Positions 13,780-26,440 of a DNA stretch of 64,000 nt are shown piece by piece. The position numbers were made by a program, and so were the translations under genes. Position 1 is the first letter of the stretch; the number at the start of each line of letters is the position of its first letter. The notes beneath the pieces were generated by a model, which saw nothing but the letters and a program-made list of their open reading frames with translations, was not told the DNA's origin and ran no database searches. The stretch lies in contig NC_058383.1 in assembly GCF_018350175.1 (NCBI RefSeq), forward strand, positions 19,222,001 through 19,286,000. Reading direction: 5' to 3'. Source of the DNA: Felis catus. Its lineage: Eukaryota.

Positions 13780-14070
13780 ACTCAAGTGGTCTGGAAGGAG
13801 ACCTTTGCAGGAAGGGCAGAGCAATGGCAATGATCTAGTACCGGGCAGACAAGGTTGAGGGGCGACTCGGTAATTGCCAAGCTCCCAAAGGTTCCCCTTG
13901 AGAAGAAGCCAACCGGTTCGGCCCCTTGTCCTCGAGGGCAGAGCGAGAAATTAGCTTAAATTGGAGCTGGAAAGATTTAGGTTATGTGTAAGGAGGAACT
14001 TTTTAAACCCTGAAATATGCTACCAAGAGAGGCTTCGGGTTCTCGGGAGAGTGTCTAAAAATAGCCTGTT
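13780..14070 (+). mobile_element. L3/CR1 LINE 3' fragment
   Basis: GCTTAAATTGGAGCTGGAAAGATTTAGGTTATGTGTAAGGAGGAACTTT resembles the CR1/L3 3' core. Confidence 0.55.
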
Positions 14071-15869
14071 CTTTAAAAATAGTTCTGGGCAAGCTTTAAA
14101 CATAGCCTCAGCTCGGCTTCTTGGCCACGGTTTTCCGTGCACGAGGACGCGCTGTATGTGGTCCCTCCCAGGTCAAAGGGCACAAGGGACAGTCAGAATC
14201 AGCCTTTGGTCTCTGTCCAGACAAACAACTGGATATTTTAGAAACGTATAGATAAGAGATTTATTTTCCTGTCTGCCGCCCCACGGACGGTTGTCATGAA
14301 ATCCCAGCCTTTAGAATGTCAAAGTTTTCTTTCCAGAGCTGTTGGTAATTGGGTCAGCCCCACCAGTTACCCCCAGTCTCTCCCCATTCCTGAGGCAGGG
14401 CTCCTCAGTGCCTGCAGGTTGACTGGGAATTCAACCATCTCAGCAAAGTTGCACCCCCCCTGGTGACCTGCCCGCCCGCCTCCTGACCTCAGCAGCCTTG
14501 GCCGGGCCACGTCCTTGGTCCTTGTCGCTTGGGGCGCCGCTGCGGCCTCTCCCGACTCCCTGCCTCCCACCTTCTCGTTCTCTACACACCAGCCAGAGGG
14601 ATCTTGCAGAAGCACGTCTGATCCTTGTCTGATTCTTGCCTTCTCGCTTACAGTTATGTGATCCCTGCCCATTTGCCCTCAGGACCAAGCCCAAACTCCC
14701 TACGATGGTTCTGGAACTTTTCCGTGTCTTGTGTATTCCTGTAGCAGCAGCTCCCCCACCCACGTGCCCTGCCTCAGGCCCTTACAGCCCACCAAGCCAC
14801 TTTGCCTGGGGGCTCTGCCTGCGGTCCCGGTCCCGCTGCCCGGCCCGCCTTCTTGCTCCCTCCGAGCTATTAACTCTCAGCTTGGAAATCACCTCCTCTG
14901 GGAGACATTCTGTTCTGACCTTCCTCGGGGAGCCCAGCCGGGCTTCGCAGGGGCCCCTGGCCCTCCCCTTTGGCTGCCCTGGCACATGCCCGTCCCCAGC
15001 TTGTCCGCTTCTCCCATCCCTCCAGAGCACTGGGAGGGATGGTGTTTCACTGGCTCCCAGTGTATCCCCCACAGCTGGAGGAGAGCCCGGCACACAGCAG
15101 GTACTCAATGTGTGCTCAGTGACTAATCAACTGAAAGTCAGGCCACCCCAGAGGGGTGTCCCCTTTGCCGCCATCCTGCCCCGTGTCATCGGGTTTCAGC
15201 TTCCTCCAGGTCCCCACCAGCCCCTCTGTGTCACGTCCCGACATGACATGCGTGGCATGTTGGCAAATCCAGATCAGCGCCCGGGGACACAAGAGTATTT
15301 ATTTAGCCGCGAATGCTCTCTGAGCGTTCGGAGTAATAACTTAGCATCTTCAATAATAAACTCCATTATAAATGAGTCAATCGGCCGCTTCCCGCCAATA
15401 AACGGAGCATGCCGTTAGCGTCCCGTGTGCAAATCCCGCAAAAGGGAGCCAGGTCAAATGCAAGACGCGTCCTGGAGTCCAGCTGGGCATCAGTGCTCCG
15501 TGTGCTGATCCAGGCGGCATCTCCGGACCAGGGACGGTGTCCGCAGGAGGGGTCACCTGGGCCAGGGTCCACCACAGCCCCTGCTGCAGGGACGCGTCGT
15601 GGCTCGGTGCTCCCGCGTGTCCTGTGTCAGCGCCGGCGTCGGCTGCCCTGCGCCCTGGTCTCAGTTTAGGCTCCTGAGCGCAGGTCCTGCACGCACACGG
15701 CGCTGCCCCGCGCCACGTGCGCTCCCACCCCCACTCCCGGAAAAGACTGTTTCACCCTCTGGCTCGCTCTCAGCTGGTGGCCTTGCCCGGCTGGGTGGAA
15801 AGGAAGGAGGAGAGTTGCCTCCAGCCCCTTTGTCCTGCGTAGTGGCTTGCTACCTTCCCTCTGCCCAGC

Positions 15870-17292
15870 TTCCGCAGTCGCCCTGGGGTTCCTCTGATTG
15901 CCAGTGTCCCCCTGTCTACCTGATCGCCCCTGGGGTGAGCGCGGGAGCACTCTCAATCTCCCCTCTTCAGCAGCCCTCCCTGAGCCCCACCATCACCCCT
16001 TTATCCCCCCGCTTCTGCCTTCTCTGGGACTATTTCGCTGCTTTCTCTCCTCTCCTCTTATCAGCCTGTTGTCGCCGACCACCTGTCCCCAGTGGCCTGC
16101 ATGGTGGTAAATACAACGGTCACTTGTCTGTCTTCGTCTTTGACCTCACCGGCTGCTCCCTCCTTCTTGACTTGGGTGCTTCACCCGGCCCCGGTGAAGC
16201 CACTCTGCTTTCCTCCCGCTGTTGGCTCCTCCTATCCCCTTCCTCCCCGGCATCGGCTCTGCCCTGGGCCTGCTTTGCCTACAACCTCTCTGCAGGTCAT
16301 TTCTCTCTCTCCGCCAATGCCTCATGCATTTAATCCCCAGCTCGGACTGTTCCCCGAACCCCAAACTTGCACACCCAGCTACTTGCTTGCTGTCTCTGTT
16401 TGCATATAAGATAGGCATTTCCAGCTAATATGGCCCACGTTGGAGCCTACCCAACCTAACGTCTTCCTTCCTTTATCTTCTTCGCCTTAGTGGGCAGCAC
16501 CACCGTCTGCCCGGTTGCCCAAACCGAGACTCCGGAGGTCATCCTAGGCTCCAGGTCCCCTCGGCCCCATGTCCAGTCCCTCAGCACGTCCCGGTGGCTG
16601 CAGCTGCATACCGGCCCGGAGCTGCCAGCAACTCTGGGCCAAGCCTCAGGCCTCCCAGCCAGGGGACCCTCTTCCCCACCCCTCCCGCATCCTCTCTCCT
16701 TACCCAGTAACTGGAATGTGCTGTAAACATAAATTGGGCCCCTGCTTTGGCCTTCTGCTGGCTTCGGTCACGCTTAGAATAAAAGCCAGGCTCATCACCG
16801 TGGCCCGGCAGATCCTGGCCACCGCCCGCCCTCCTGGCCGGTCTCGAAACACCTTGTCTGTCCCCCTCTGCAGGAGCCTCTTCTCCCTCCGCCCCCCCCT
16901 CCCCAGGTCAGAGTCCTGTCTTCAGCCTTTGCCAGGCCTCTCCCTCTGACTGGAGTGCTCTTCCCCAGACCTCCCTGTGGCTGCCTCCAGCTCCCATTCA
17001 AGCCTTTGCTTAAACATCACCTCCCCAGAGAGGGCTTCCCTGACCACCCAGTCTGAGCAGCCCCTGGGATCTCTCCCGTCACATTGTCCTATTTTATAAT
17101 GCATCGTGGCACTTTTCACTACCTGATGTGTTCTCGTTAACCTACGTGCTCGTTGTCTGGGCCTCAAGGGCAAGGCATCGGTCTGTCTATGTCAGTGGTC
17201 CCCACGCGCTAGAACAATGCCTGGCATATGAAAAGCATTCAATAAATATTCATTGACTGATTGAATTAATGAATAATAAATAAATGAATGAT
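15870..17292 (+). mobile_element. Long L2 fragment with intact 3' end
   Basis: Pyrimidine-rich L2 body ending AATAAATATTCATTGACTGATTGAATTAATGAA. Confidence 0.7.
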
Positions 17293-17536
17293 GACTCGCA
17301 TCTTAGCTCCTGTAGACAACTCGCTCTCCAAAGTTGCCAAAATCTGGCCCTGCCCTCGCTCATTCCCACATCCCAGACCCAGGACTTCCCACCAGGCAGC
17401 CTAGTGCCCCTCCCCCACGCACCTTGACATCCGTGGTCATCTGTTCATTCAACACATATTACCGAGTGCTGGGGACCACAAACCGGGTTCCTGGACGAGT
17501 GTAGAGTCTAGAGGGCCTATATAGTGAGCCTCAAGC

Positions 17537-17576
17537 ATTCATTCATTCATTCATTCATTCATTCATTCATTCATTC
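17537..17576. repeat. (CATT)n microsatellite
   Basis: About 10 perfect CATT units. Confidence 0.95.
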
Positions 17577-19051
17577 AAGAAACACCACTATAGGACCTCC
17601 TGCATGCAAGCACTGTTCTAGATGCTTTACAAATATAAGCCACTGGATACTCATGAGTCCATGAGGTAGGTGCTATTGTTATCCCTGTGTTATGTTGAGG
17701 AAACTGAGGCACAGAAACGGGAGGTCACCTACCCAAGGTCACATAGCTGGTGCTCATTTTGTTTCACTGTGGCTTTACCCTGCGCCTAACGTCCTGACCC
17801 TCCCGACATTGTCTCTTCCCTCTGGGCCCACGCCAGGCCCTCTGGACTTAAAAGCAGACTTTTCCCTTCCTCAGTGTGAGCGGCGGAGGCCAGGGCGGGG
17901 GTCACGGCAGCCCTGCCCGCTCTGGGGTCAGCTCAGACCCCGCAGTCAGGCTCGCCCCCAGTGCCCTCCTGTGTTCCCCAGGGGCTGGAAGGAGCCACGC
18001 CTGCCTCACCATGTGGGTCGGGGCCCCCACTGACGGTGTCAGGAGTTGGAAAATGAGATTTACAGCCCTGCGCTTCCTGGTGTGCGGCCCCCGGGAAGCA
18101 GCAGCCGCAGAGCAGGAAAGCCTCCTTCTTGCCAATTTCAGGAGGTGCGGTAACTGCAGAAAGTCACTTTCTAATTCGCAGGAGTTGGAAACAATTCCTT
18201 CTGCGGAGAGTTTGTGTGACAGACGCTACCACGGACTTCCCTGTGCAGAACAGACATGCTTCCAGAAACACAGGCGAGGATCAGATGTTTAAAGGAGACG
18301 CTTCAAAATGCAGTCAGAGCAACTCACCAGCCTATCTTTGAATTCTTTGAATGAAGAAATAATTTTCCATTTATTGACTTTCCTTAAAGCACGGCCTTTC
18401 ATATTTGGGAGTAAATGGAATCCGATTGAGAAATCACTGCTTTTCCAAACTAACAGTTTAGAAAATTGTTCTGCCAACAGGCTGGGTCTGGCTTCTGGGT
18501 CTCGCTAGGTGTTTTCGTCATGTCCCCACTGCCCTAATAGAAGGAGTGGTTGTTCTCATGAACGCTTTCCTGCATTAGTAGATGCTCATTGGGGTTACCT
18601 GTGTCTACTGATATCCCCATTTTATAGATGAGAAAACAAGACACGCAGAGGCCACATAACTCGGAGAGCATCTGGACTGGCATAGTGCAGAAGAAACTCA
18701 AGACGTTAGAACAGCTGAGGGTTTGGAGAGTGAGCCCTCCCCCCTCCCCCCCCCCCTACAAACCCAGAAAGGGACTGGTTGGGGCTAGGGAAGGGGTCAG
18801 GACCCCACTAAAGGCGCAAGGTTCCTGGGTAAGGCAGCAATTCTAGGGGGAACGAGCACTGGGAAGTGAGCGGGGGGGGGGGGGGGGGAGGCTGTCCTCC
18901 CAGATAACAGACTCTACTGCGACTTATAACAGGTAAAAGAGTGTGGCATTGACACAAGAACAGAGGCAGACCAGTAGAACAGAGTGACATCAGGAAACAC
19001 TCATGTACAGGTGGGGCTTGGAATGTAAGTGTCATTTAAAATCAGCGGGGA

Positions 19052-19289
19052 GGGGCGCCTGGGTGGCGCAGTCGGTTAAGTGTCCGACTTCAGCCAGGTC
19101 ACCATCTCGCGGTCCGGGAGTTCGAGCCCCGCGTCAGGCTCTGGGCCGATGGCTCAGAGCCTGGAGCCTGTTTCCGATTCTGTGTCTCCCTCTCTCTCTG
19201 CCCCTCCCCCGTTCATGCTCTGTCTCTCTCTGTCCCAAAAATAAATAAAAAACGTTGAAAATAAATAAATAAAAAATAAAAAAATAAAA
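19052..19289 (+). mobile_element. Young Can-SINE (SINEC_Fc), first of three in tandem
   Basis: CpG-rich body, long A tail, exact TSD TAAAATCAGCGGGGA (19037-19051 and 19290-19304). Confidence 0.95.
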
Positions 19290-19305
19290 TAAAATCAGCG
19301 GGGAA

Positions 19306-19495
19306 GGGGCGCCTGGGTGGCTCAGTTGGATTTCGGCTCAGGTCATTATCTTATGGTTCATGAGATTGTCCCCCACATCGGGTTCTGTGCTGACAGTGTG
19401 GGGCCTGCTTGGGATTCTCTCTCTCTGTCTCTCTCTGCCCCTTCCCTGCTCGTGCTGTCTCTTTCTCTCAAGATAAATAAATAAAATAAAAATAA
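19306..19495 (+). mobile_element. Can-SINE with internal deletion in the head, second of three
   Basis: GGGGCGCCTGGGTGGCTCAGTTGG joined directly to ATTTCGGCTCAGG; A-rich tail. Confidence 0.9.
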
Positions 19496-19500
19496 AATCA

Positions 19501-19736
19501 GGGCCACGTGGGCGGCTCAGTTGGTTAAGCATCCGACTTTGGCTCAGGTCGTGATCTCACAGTTCGTGGGTTCGAGCCCTGCGTCGAGCTCTGGGCTGAC
19601 GGCTCAGAGCCTGGAGCCTGCTTCTGATTCTGTGTCTCCCTCTCTACCCCTCCCCCACTCATGCTCTGTCTCTCTCTGCCTCTCAAAAATAAAGAAACGT
19701 AATAATAAAAAACATTAAAATAAATGAAATAAAAAT
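19501..19736 (+). mobile_element. Can-SINE, third of three
   Basis: GGGCCACGTGGGCGGCTCAGTTGGTTAAGC head and A-rich tail. Confidence 0.92.
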
Positions 19737-21704
19737 GAAATCAGTGGGGGAAAGGACAGGTCATTCTATAAGGATTCAAGACAATCAGCTACTCATTAAA
19801 AACACTTAACTTAGATCCTTAACTCACACCATTCACCAAGATAAATTCTAGGTGAATTAATATAAAAATATAGGACAATGCATTTACAGGTGTTCCTTTT
19901 CCAAAAAGGTAGACGCAGCATGTGAAAACTGCAAAGGAAAAGCCTGGTAAATTTGACTATATCAGATATCAAAGTGTTTGACAAAAGCAGCTTTATTCAT
20001 AATTGCCAAAACTTGGAAGCAACTGAGATGTCCTTCCACAGGTAACTGGACCACAGGTAAATGGCCTGTGATGGGTCCAGACGATGGAACGTTATTCAGC
20101 ACTAAAAAGCCATGAAGAGACAGAGAGGGACCTTAAATGCATATTGCTAAGTGAGAGAAGCCAGCCTGAGAAGGCTATGTACTATGTGATTCCAACTATA
20201 TGACATTCTGGAAAAGGCAAGCCTGTGGAGACTATAAACAGATCAGTGTTTGCCAGGGGTTCAGGGAGGCAGAGAGGGAGGGAGGGATAAAAAGGTGGAC
20301 CACAGGGGATTCTTAAGGCTATGAAACGATTCGGCACAGTAATGGTGGTTACCTGTCACTATACATTTGTCAAAGCCCATAGAATGTGCAACACGAAGAG
20401 TGAACCCTAATGTAAACTCAGGATTTAGTTAATAATAATGGATCAGTATTGGCTCATCAATTGTAACAAATGTACCACACGAATGCAACATGTTAATCAT
20501 ACGGGAGGTTGTGGGGGTGGTGACTGGGGACACATGGGAACTCTCCATAATTTCCCCTCACTTTTTCTGTGACCCTACACCTGCTCTAAAAAGTAAAGTC
20601 TATTAATTTAAAAAAACAAAAAGGTGTTTGGAACATGGGAAAAGACAGAGCAGTAAACTCTTGGGTAGTCTACGTGACAGACAGGATTAGTATCTAGAAT
20701 ACATAAAGAATCCCTACCAACTGATAAGAGAAAATGCTTTTTTTTTTTTAAAGAAAAAATTGACAAAGGATACAGACAGGCGCTATACAGACAGAGATAG
20801 GCATGGTCAATAAACATGTGAAACACGCCCAAGCTCACTAGCATGAGGGAAATATAAAATTGACAACAATGTTGAGGTGGCATTCTGCATCCCGCGATGG
20901 GCACAGGTTTTCATGTTTTGGAATCTCCAGTGTTGGTGAAGGTTTAGGTAAGGACCCCCAGACAGCTGGCAGAAACACATGATGGGGCTACCATGCAGGA
21001 GAGCAATTTTCTGACATTGACTCAAATTTAAAACGCATATACTTTATGACCCAGCAATTCTTATTATTCCATCCGGAGCAGTACTTGCTTGTATCCCCAA
21101 AAAGACTTATAGAAAGGTGTTCATCGCAGCATTTCTTGTAGAGCCGAAAACAGGACAAGACCTAGTACCATCCATCGATTGGGTAGATAAAACATGCTAC
21201 TTCATTATTAAGGAATCGTATGCGTTGGTTCCGAAGAATAAGCTATATCAGTTACGTACGTCTTGGCAAGTTCACCCAGAGTTGTGTCAAGTGACGAAAA
21301 AGAAGATATCCATATGGCTCACCGTTCGCCTCCTTTCAACAGACTGGGCCAAGGCAGAGAGGACCAGAGAGGGTGCTGTCGAATGGGTGGGATAGCCCAG
21401 GTCAGTTCTGCGCCACCTGCCAGGGCACGACTAAGGATGTGGTCTAGGATGTAGTCGGGCCTGGCAGAGACAGCCTGGGGGAGGAGGGACTTTTAGGAGG
21501 CTCCTGAGGAGGCCTCAGCACCTGTCGTGGTGCCTGGATTTCCTCCCTGGGATTTCCTGACTCAAGGGCTCCCCACCAGCTCTAATCTGCAGTCAGAGAA
21601 TAGCGAGAAGTGTCTATGAGGGGCTGACCCAGGCTCAGAGACGCAGACAACCACAGAGTCCTTGGTCTCCTTTGGGCCTGGGGTCCAATGACTGGCGTCA
21701 GGCA

Positions 21705-21890
21705 CGAGGTGTGCTGGAGCCTACGGGTGCCCACTGGGCACACCTCTCCTCTGCTCTGCCTTCCGTGACCTCACATTGGTCGCTTGACATTGGCTGTAGT
21801 GGCACCGTGGAACCTGATAGACGCTACAAATCAGGGCTTTTCTTTTGCCTCTGGAGAACCAGTTGCTAACCATTTATCTTCACCCTGTGG
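21705..21890 (+). mobile_element. MER63-like hAT-Blackjack fossil
   Basis: GGTGTGCTGGAGCC...ACGCTACAAATCAGGGCTTT...GGAGAACCAGTTGCTAACCATTTA. Confidence 0.6.
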
Positions 21891-22192
21891 GAACACAGGA
21901 TGGCTTCCTCCCTCCATTCCCCACCCTGGGTCCCAGGACACAGAACCCCACTCCCTCTTTACTTCTGCCTTTGCTAAACCTCCATCTCTCCACTCTTTTC
22001 TCTCCACTCTTATCTTCATCTTTTCTCTTGCCTCCTCTTCAAGAAGAGGGGAGAGGGTGGAGAGCCTTGGAGTTGAGGGCATTTGGATATGGGCACCAGT
22101 CACAACTATGCCATTGACTCCCTCTGTGCCCTTGGACAGACTTTCCCACTCCGGGCTTCTGTTTTCTCCCCTGTGGAATGGAATAATCGTAT

Positions 22193-22319
22193 TCAGGGCT
22201 ACCACATACAGCCCTGTAGGCATGGTTCTGCTTCAACTCCGCTTCAACATAGACTGTATTGTGAATGGGGCCCTATGGAGATGCGCAGTGGGCAACCTGA
22301 ACAACGGTACATAGTCCTG
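22193..22319. mobile_element. MER91A-like hAT element inserted in a MIR (~22050-22410)
   Basis: CAGGGCTACCACATACAG...GTGAATGGGGCCCTATGGAG...CAACCTGAACAAC...CCTG; MIR core resumes at CAGAGGGTTGTTGTGAAAATTAA. Confidence 0.55.
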
Positions 22320-23078
22320 ATCAAGGTACTTCATGATACTTCAGAGGGTTGTTGTGAAAATTAAGAAGTAATCATACAGAGTGCTTGGCACATAGCAGGT
22401 GCACAAACATGATTGTTTTCCTTTATTCTTGTTATCTACCCCTCCCTTTCTCATCAATAGTGTATCACTCTATCTTAAGGTTAGGTTCCTGAGGGCTCCA
22501 GATGCCACAGTCCACACAGAGAAATGTCCCCAGGTTTATAATAATCCTGGTGACTATAATGATTGCATGCCACTGAGCACAGACTTGAGGCTGCCTTGCC
22601 TCACTTCACTTACTCTTTGCCTTACGTGTCACAATCCTCGTCTTCGGATTCAAGGACTTGAAGCTGAGAGGGTGAGGCTTTGCCCAGTGCTACGTGATGA
22701 AAACGTGGTGGAAGAGGATTCCCACTCAGATCCCTTGGAATCCAAGTTCTCCCAGCCAGTGGGCTCAAAGATTTTTGACCATGAGCCACAGAAAAACATT
22801 TCATGTTTCAGTCACTGCGCCCATGTACACATGCACAGAACTGAAAAGTTCTCCAAAACAATATTCATTCCTGCTACATTTGATGTATCAGATATTTCTA
22901 TTCTGTTCCGTTCCGTTCCATTCTATTCCATTCTTCTTCTTCTTTTTTTTTTTTTTTAATATGGCAATCAACAGTGGCAATCATTGAAGGTGATTTCATG
23001 ACGCACTAGTCTAGCGAATCAACACCTGCAGTTTGAAAAATACCCTCTAGGCTGTTTCTCCCAAATGACCTCCTAACG

Positions 23079-23290
23079 CAGGAATCAGCAAACTATAGCC
23101 CACAGGTGAAAATCTGGCTCGGTGCCTGTTTTTGTAAAGTTTTATTGGTACACAGCCATACTCCTCCATTCATACGTTTATTGTCTCTGACTCTTTTGTG
23201 CTACGACAGTAGAGAAGTAGTTACAACAGGGACTGCGTGGACCACAGAGCCTGAAATATCTACTTACCTGGTGCTTAACGGAAAAAGTTT
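23079..23290 (+). mobile_element. MER58A interrupted near its end by a SINE
   Basis: CAGCAAACTATAGCCCAC...AAAGTTTTATTGGTACACAGCCA...GAAAAAGTTT. Confidence 0.75.
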
Positions 23291-23515
23291 GGGGCTCCCG
23301 GGTGGCTCAGTCGGTTAAGCATCTGACTCTTAGTTTCGGCTCGGGTCACGATCTCACGGTTTTGTGAGTTCAAGCCCCCGAGTCAGGCTCCCAGATGACA
23401 GCGTAGACCCTGCTTGGGATTCTCTCTCTCCCCCTCTCTCTCTCTCTCTGCCCGCCCCCCACTCATGATGTCTCTGTCTCTCACAATAAATAAGTAAACT
23501 TAAAAAAAAGACAAA
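23291..23515 (+). mobile_element. Can-SINE about 250 nt upstream of the 23771 exon
   Basis: Head GGGGCTCCCGGGTGGCTCAGTCGGTTAAG; TSD-like GAAAAAGT(T/C)T. Confidence 0.92.
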
Positions 23516-23700
23516 GAAAAAGTCTGCCCGTCTGTGCAGATTGGACTCTGTGTCTCCCTTGTTTAATTTCTCCACGCCTTCCCTGTACCTTCTTGCTCAG
23601 ACTCAAGCTCCGTGGCTGGCTTAGAAAACACCACCCTCTGGCTTCCCCGCTCTGGTCCTACCGACGGCCCTTCCCCTTCCATGCTGTCCCCCAGCACTGA

Positions 23701-23883
<183 letters not shown>

Positions 23884-24016
23884 TAAGTGGCCTTTGACCT
23901 TCAGACACCAGAGCCTCCACGCATGCTGGGCCTTCGGCAGCTCGGCCCAGGCGAGGGAGGAAGGGCAGAAGCGGTCAAGGGTAGCCCAGAGTGCACGGGG
24001 ACTTTGAGACTCTAGA

Positions 24017-24326
24017 TCTGGGGTTGGCAAACTATGGCCCATCCACTACCTGTTTTTATGCAGCCCTCGACTTAAGGATGGTTTTTACATATTCAGATGC
24101 TTGAAATCAATCAAAAGAAGACTAACACCCTGTGATGTGTGGAAATCATGTGCAATGTAAATTTCAGTGTCCATAAATAAAGTTTTATTGGGACAGAGCC
24201 ACTCTCGTTATTCACGCGTTGTCCTGTGGCTGCTTTCATAGGCGGTTGCAGGAGACACTCAGTGGCCCACAAAGCCTAAAATGTCCACCGCCCGGCCCTT
24301 TACAGAGTAAAGCTTCTGACCCCTGC
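24017..24326 (+). mobile_element. MER58B-like DNA transposon
   Basis: GGGGTTGGCAAACTATGGCCC...AAATTTCAGTGTCCATAAATAAAGTTTTATTGG...CTGACCCCTG. Confidence 0.75.
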
Positions 24327-26224
24327 CACACGGGCCGTTCTGGAAGGTGGAGGTGGAAGCTGACAAGTTGGGGGCGGCGGGGGCGGGGGGGCCTGGGAGG
24401 TCGGATGAGTTTTGTGTGCAAGAGCAACACAGAATCAGTAGGCTCCCGAGCCAAGTAAACAAGGGGGTGTGTGTTAGTTCGGGTGACCCAGAAGTCCAGT
24501 TGGGTCAGCTGGGGGGCCTCGGGTCACGACGGAAAAATCCGTCGTGACCCTCTGCGAATTTAACCCTGTCCCTGGGCGGGCTTTCCTCCTGGTGGTGAGA
24601 AAGCTCCCTCCTGGTGCTTCTTCCTTCGCATACGGGGGAAGGGAGGGTTCCTCTTTCCCCAACGTTGACCGAAGTCCCCGGTCTCCCCCTGATGGGCCCG
24701 ACTCAGGTCATCTTCTCTCTCCCGAATCATCACCACAGCTGAGGGAGGGCCAGGAGCATGCTGGCTCCGCTTGCCCACGCTTACCTCTCGGGCGAGGAGT
24801 GAGCCCAGAACTCTCCGGCGGTGAATGACCGGGATGGGTGCTGAGCGAGCATCTGCCCCAGGCACAGCTGGGTCCAGGTGCTCAGGTGATTTATCAGGAG
24901 CTCTCCCCGCCCCCTTGCCTGTCTCTGTTCCCTTTGTCCTTTGTCTTGTCTTCATTCACAAGCAGCTTTTCCCTAAGCAAAGATGGTCACCATGCCCAGC
25001 TCTAGGCTTCCATTTTACAAACGTAGCAATACCAGCAGAGAGATGGGGCTTCTTTCCCATGTTTCCCGCCAAAATCCTGGTTATGGCTGTCATTGGATTA
25101 GCTTAAGTCGTGTGCCCATCCCATGACCAATGGTTTCCACCCTGATTGGTCTGGCCTGAGTCACAAGGTCCAGGCGGTGGGATTGGCCCCACCCAATCCC
25201 TTGGACAGAGACAGGAGGAGGAGCCTCCCCAGTGGAAAATTAGGGGTGAGGCGGGGTTATCACAAGGAGGAAAGACAACGACCTCAGTTGTCCATTACAC
25301 GAGGTATGCAGGCCTGCTTCTGGTGGCTGGGAACCACTTGTCCACTCAGTCACTTTACATGCGTTTACCGATTGCTTACTCGGGGACAGCCGCTCTCCTA
25401 AGTGCTGGGGGTACAGCGGTGGTGAAGACAGCGTGGTGACAGGTGAATGAGACAAGGAAACAAGCTGTAATGTGGGTATGGGGGTGGCTCACAGGCTGCT
25501 GTGGGAGCACAGAGGAGGGGTTGCTGACCCAGCTTCGGGCAGGGAGGGTCCTCTGGGGAGAATGCGATCGGGCAAAATGTGGAGGGGACAGGAGGTACAG
25601 AGACTTCGGAGGATCGTCAGAATGGAGTAGGAGTAGGAGTAGGGCTTCAAGTAAGAAGGACCCCCTTCCAGACCACTGGGGACTCTTGCTAATTTCACCC
25701 CTTCCCACCCTCTGTTTGGTTTCTGCTTTGCAAAGGCACGTGTCTTAAAGGGACCTTGACCCTCAGGCTCGCAGGGAAACCAGCTAAGGCTCTGGTGCCC
25801 CTGTTGCCCTACACTTCCCTCCTTCTAGCAGCTGTCGCCTGAGCTCTTGACCTTGGACGGTGGTCACCTGAGCTAGAGAAGGGGGCAAAGGAAAGGAATG
25901 AACATTCTTGGGTGTGAGCACGCATGTGACCGCCTGTGCCACGTATCGAGGCCTGGTATGTCACCATCGCCACGGCGCGGTGCGGTGGAAATTTTGTGGA
26001 GGGGAAACTGAGGCACAGGCAAACCTAAGTAACCCGTCCAAGCTCTCTCTGGCCACTGAGCGGCAGGGCTGGGATCTGAACCCGGGCAGTGTGGCCTCGG
26101 AGCCCACACTCCTAACCTCTGTATTCTGCCTCTGTGAGAACGGGGTGATCCGTAGACACTTCGTGGATGCGCGTGGCACGCTGTTTGACACACGGCAAGT
26201 GCTCTCAAACACCAGCCCTTCTAA

Positions 26225-26440
26225 AATTTTTTTTTTTAACATTTATTTATTTTTGAGACAGAGAGAGACAGAGCATGAACAGGGGAGGGGCAGAGAGAGA
26301 GGGAGACACAGCCTCTGAAACAGGCTCCAGGCTCTGAGCTGTCAGCCCAGAGCCCGACGCGGGGCTCGAACTCACGGACCGCGAGATCGTGACCCGAGCC
26401 GAAGTCGGACGCTTAACCGACCGAGCCACCCAGGCGCCCC
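26225..26440 (-). mobile_element. Young Can-SINE (SINEC_Fc)
   Basis: Near-consensus, CpG-rich; perfect 18-bp TSD AAACACCAGCCCTTCTAA (26207-26224 and 26441-26458). Confidence 0.96.

Larger units (their letters stand above)
18900..21320 (+). mobile_element. Fragmented old L1 (ORF2 end and 3' UTR) hosting the SINE triplet and an L1MC-like 3' end (~19985-20615)
   Basis: L1 motifs AAATCAGTGGGGGAAAGG, CTCACACCATTCACCAAGATAAATTC, GCAGCTTTATTCATAATTGCCAAAACTTGGAAGCAAC, GAACCCTAATGTAAAC, TATGACCCAGCAATTC. Confidence 0.75.

Noticed and set aside
14636..16333. 260-aa and 244-aa plus-strand ORFs
   Set aside because: They overlap decayed L2 and GC-rich sequence, with no recognisable protein similarity or splice-consistent structure.
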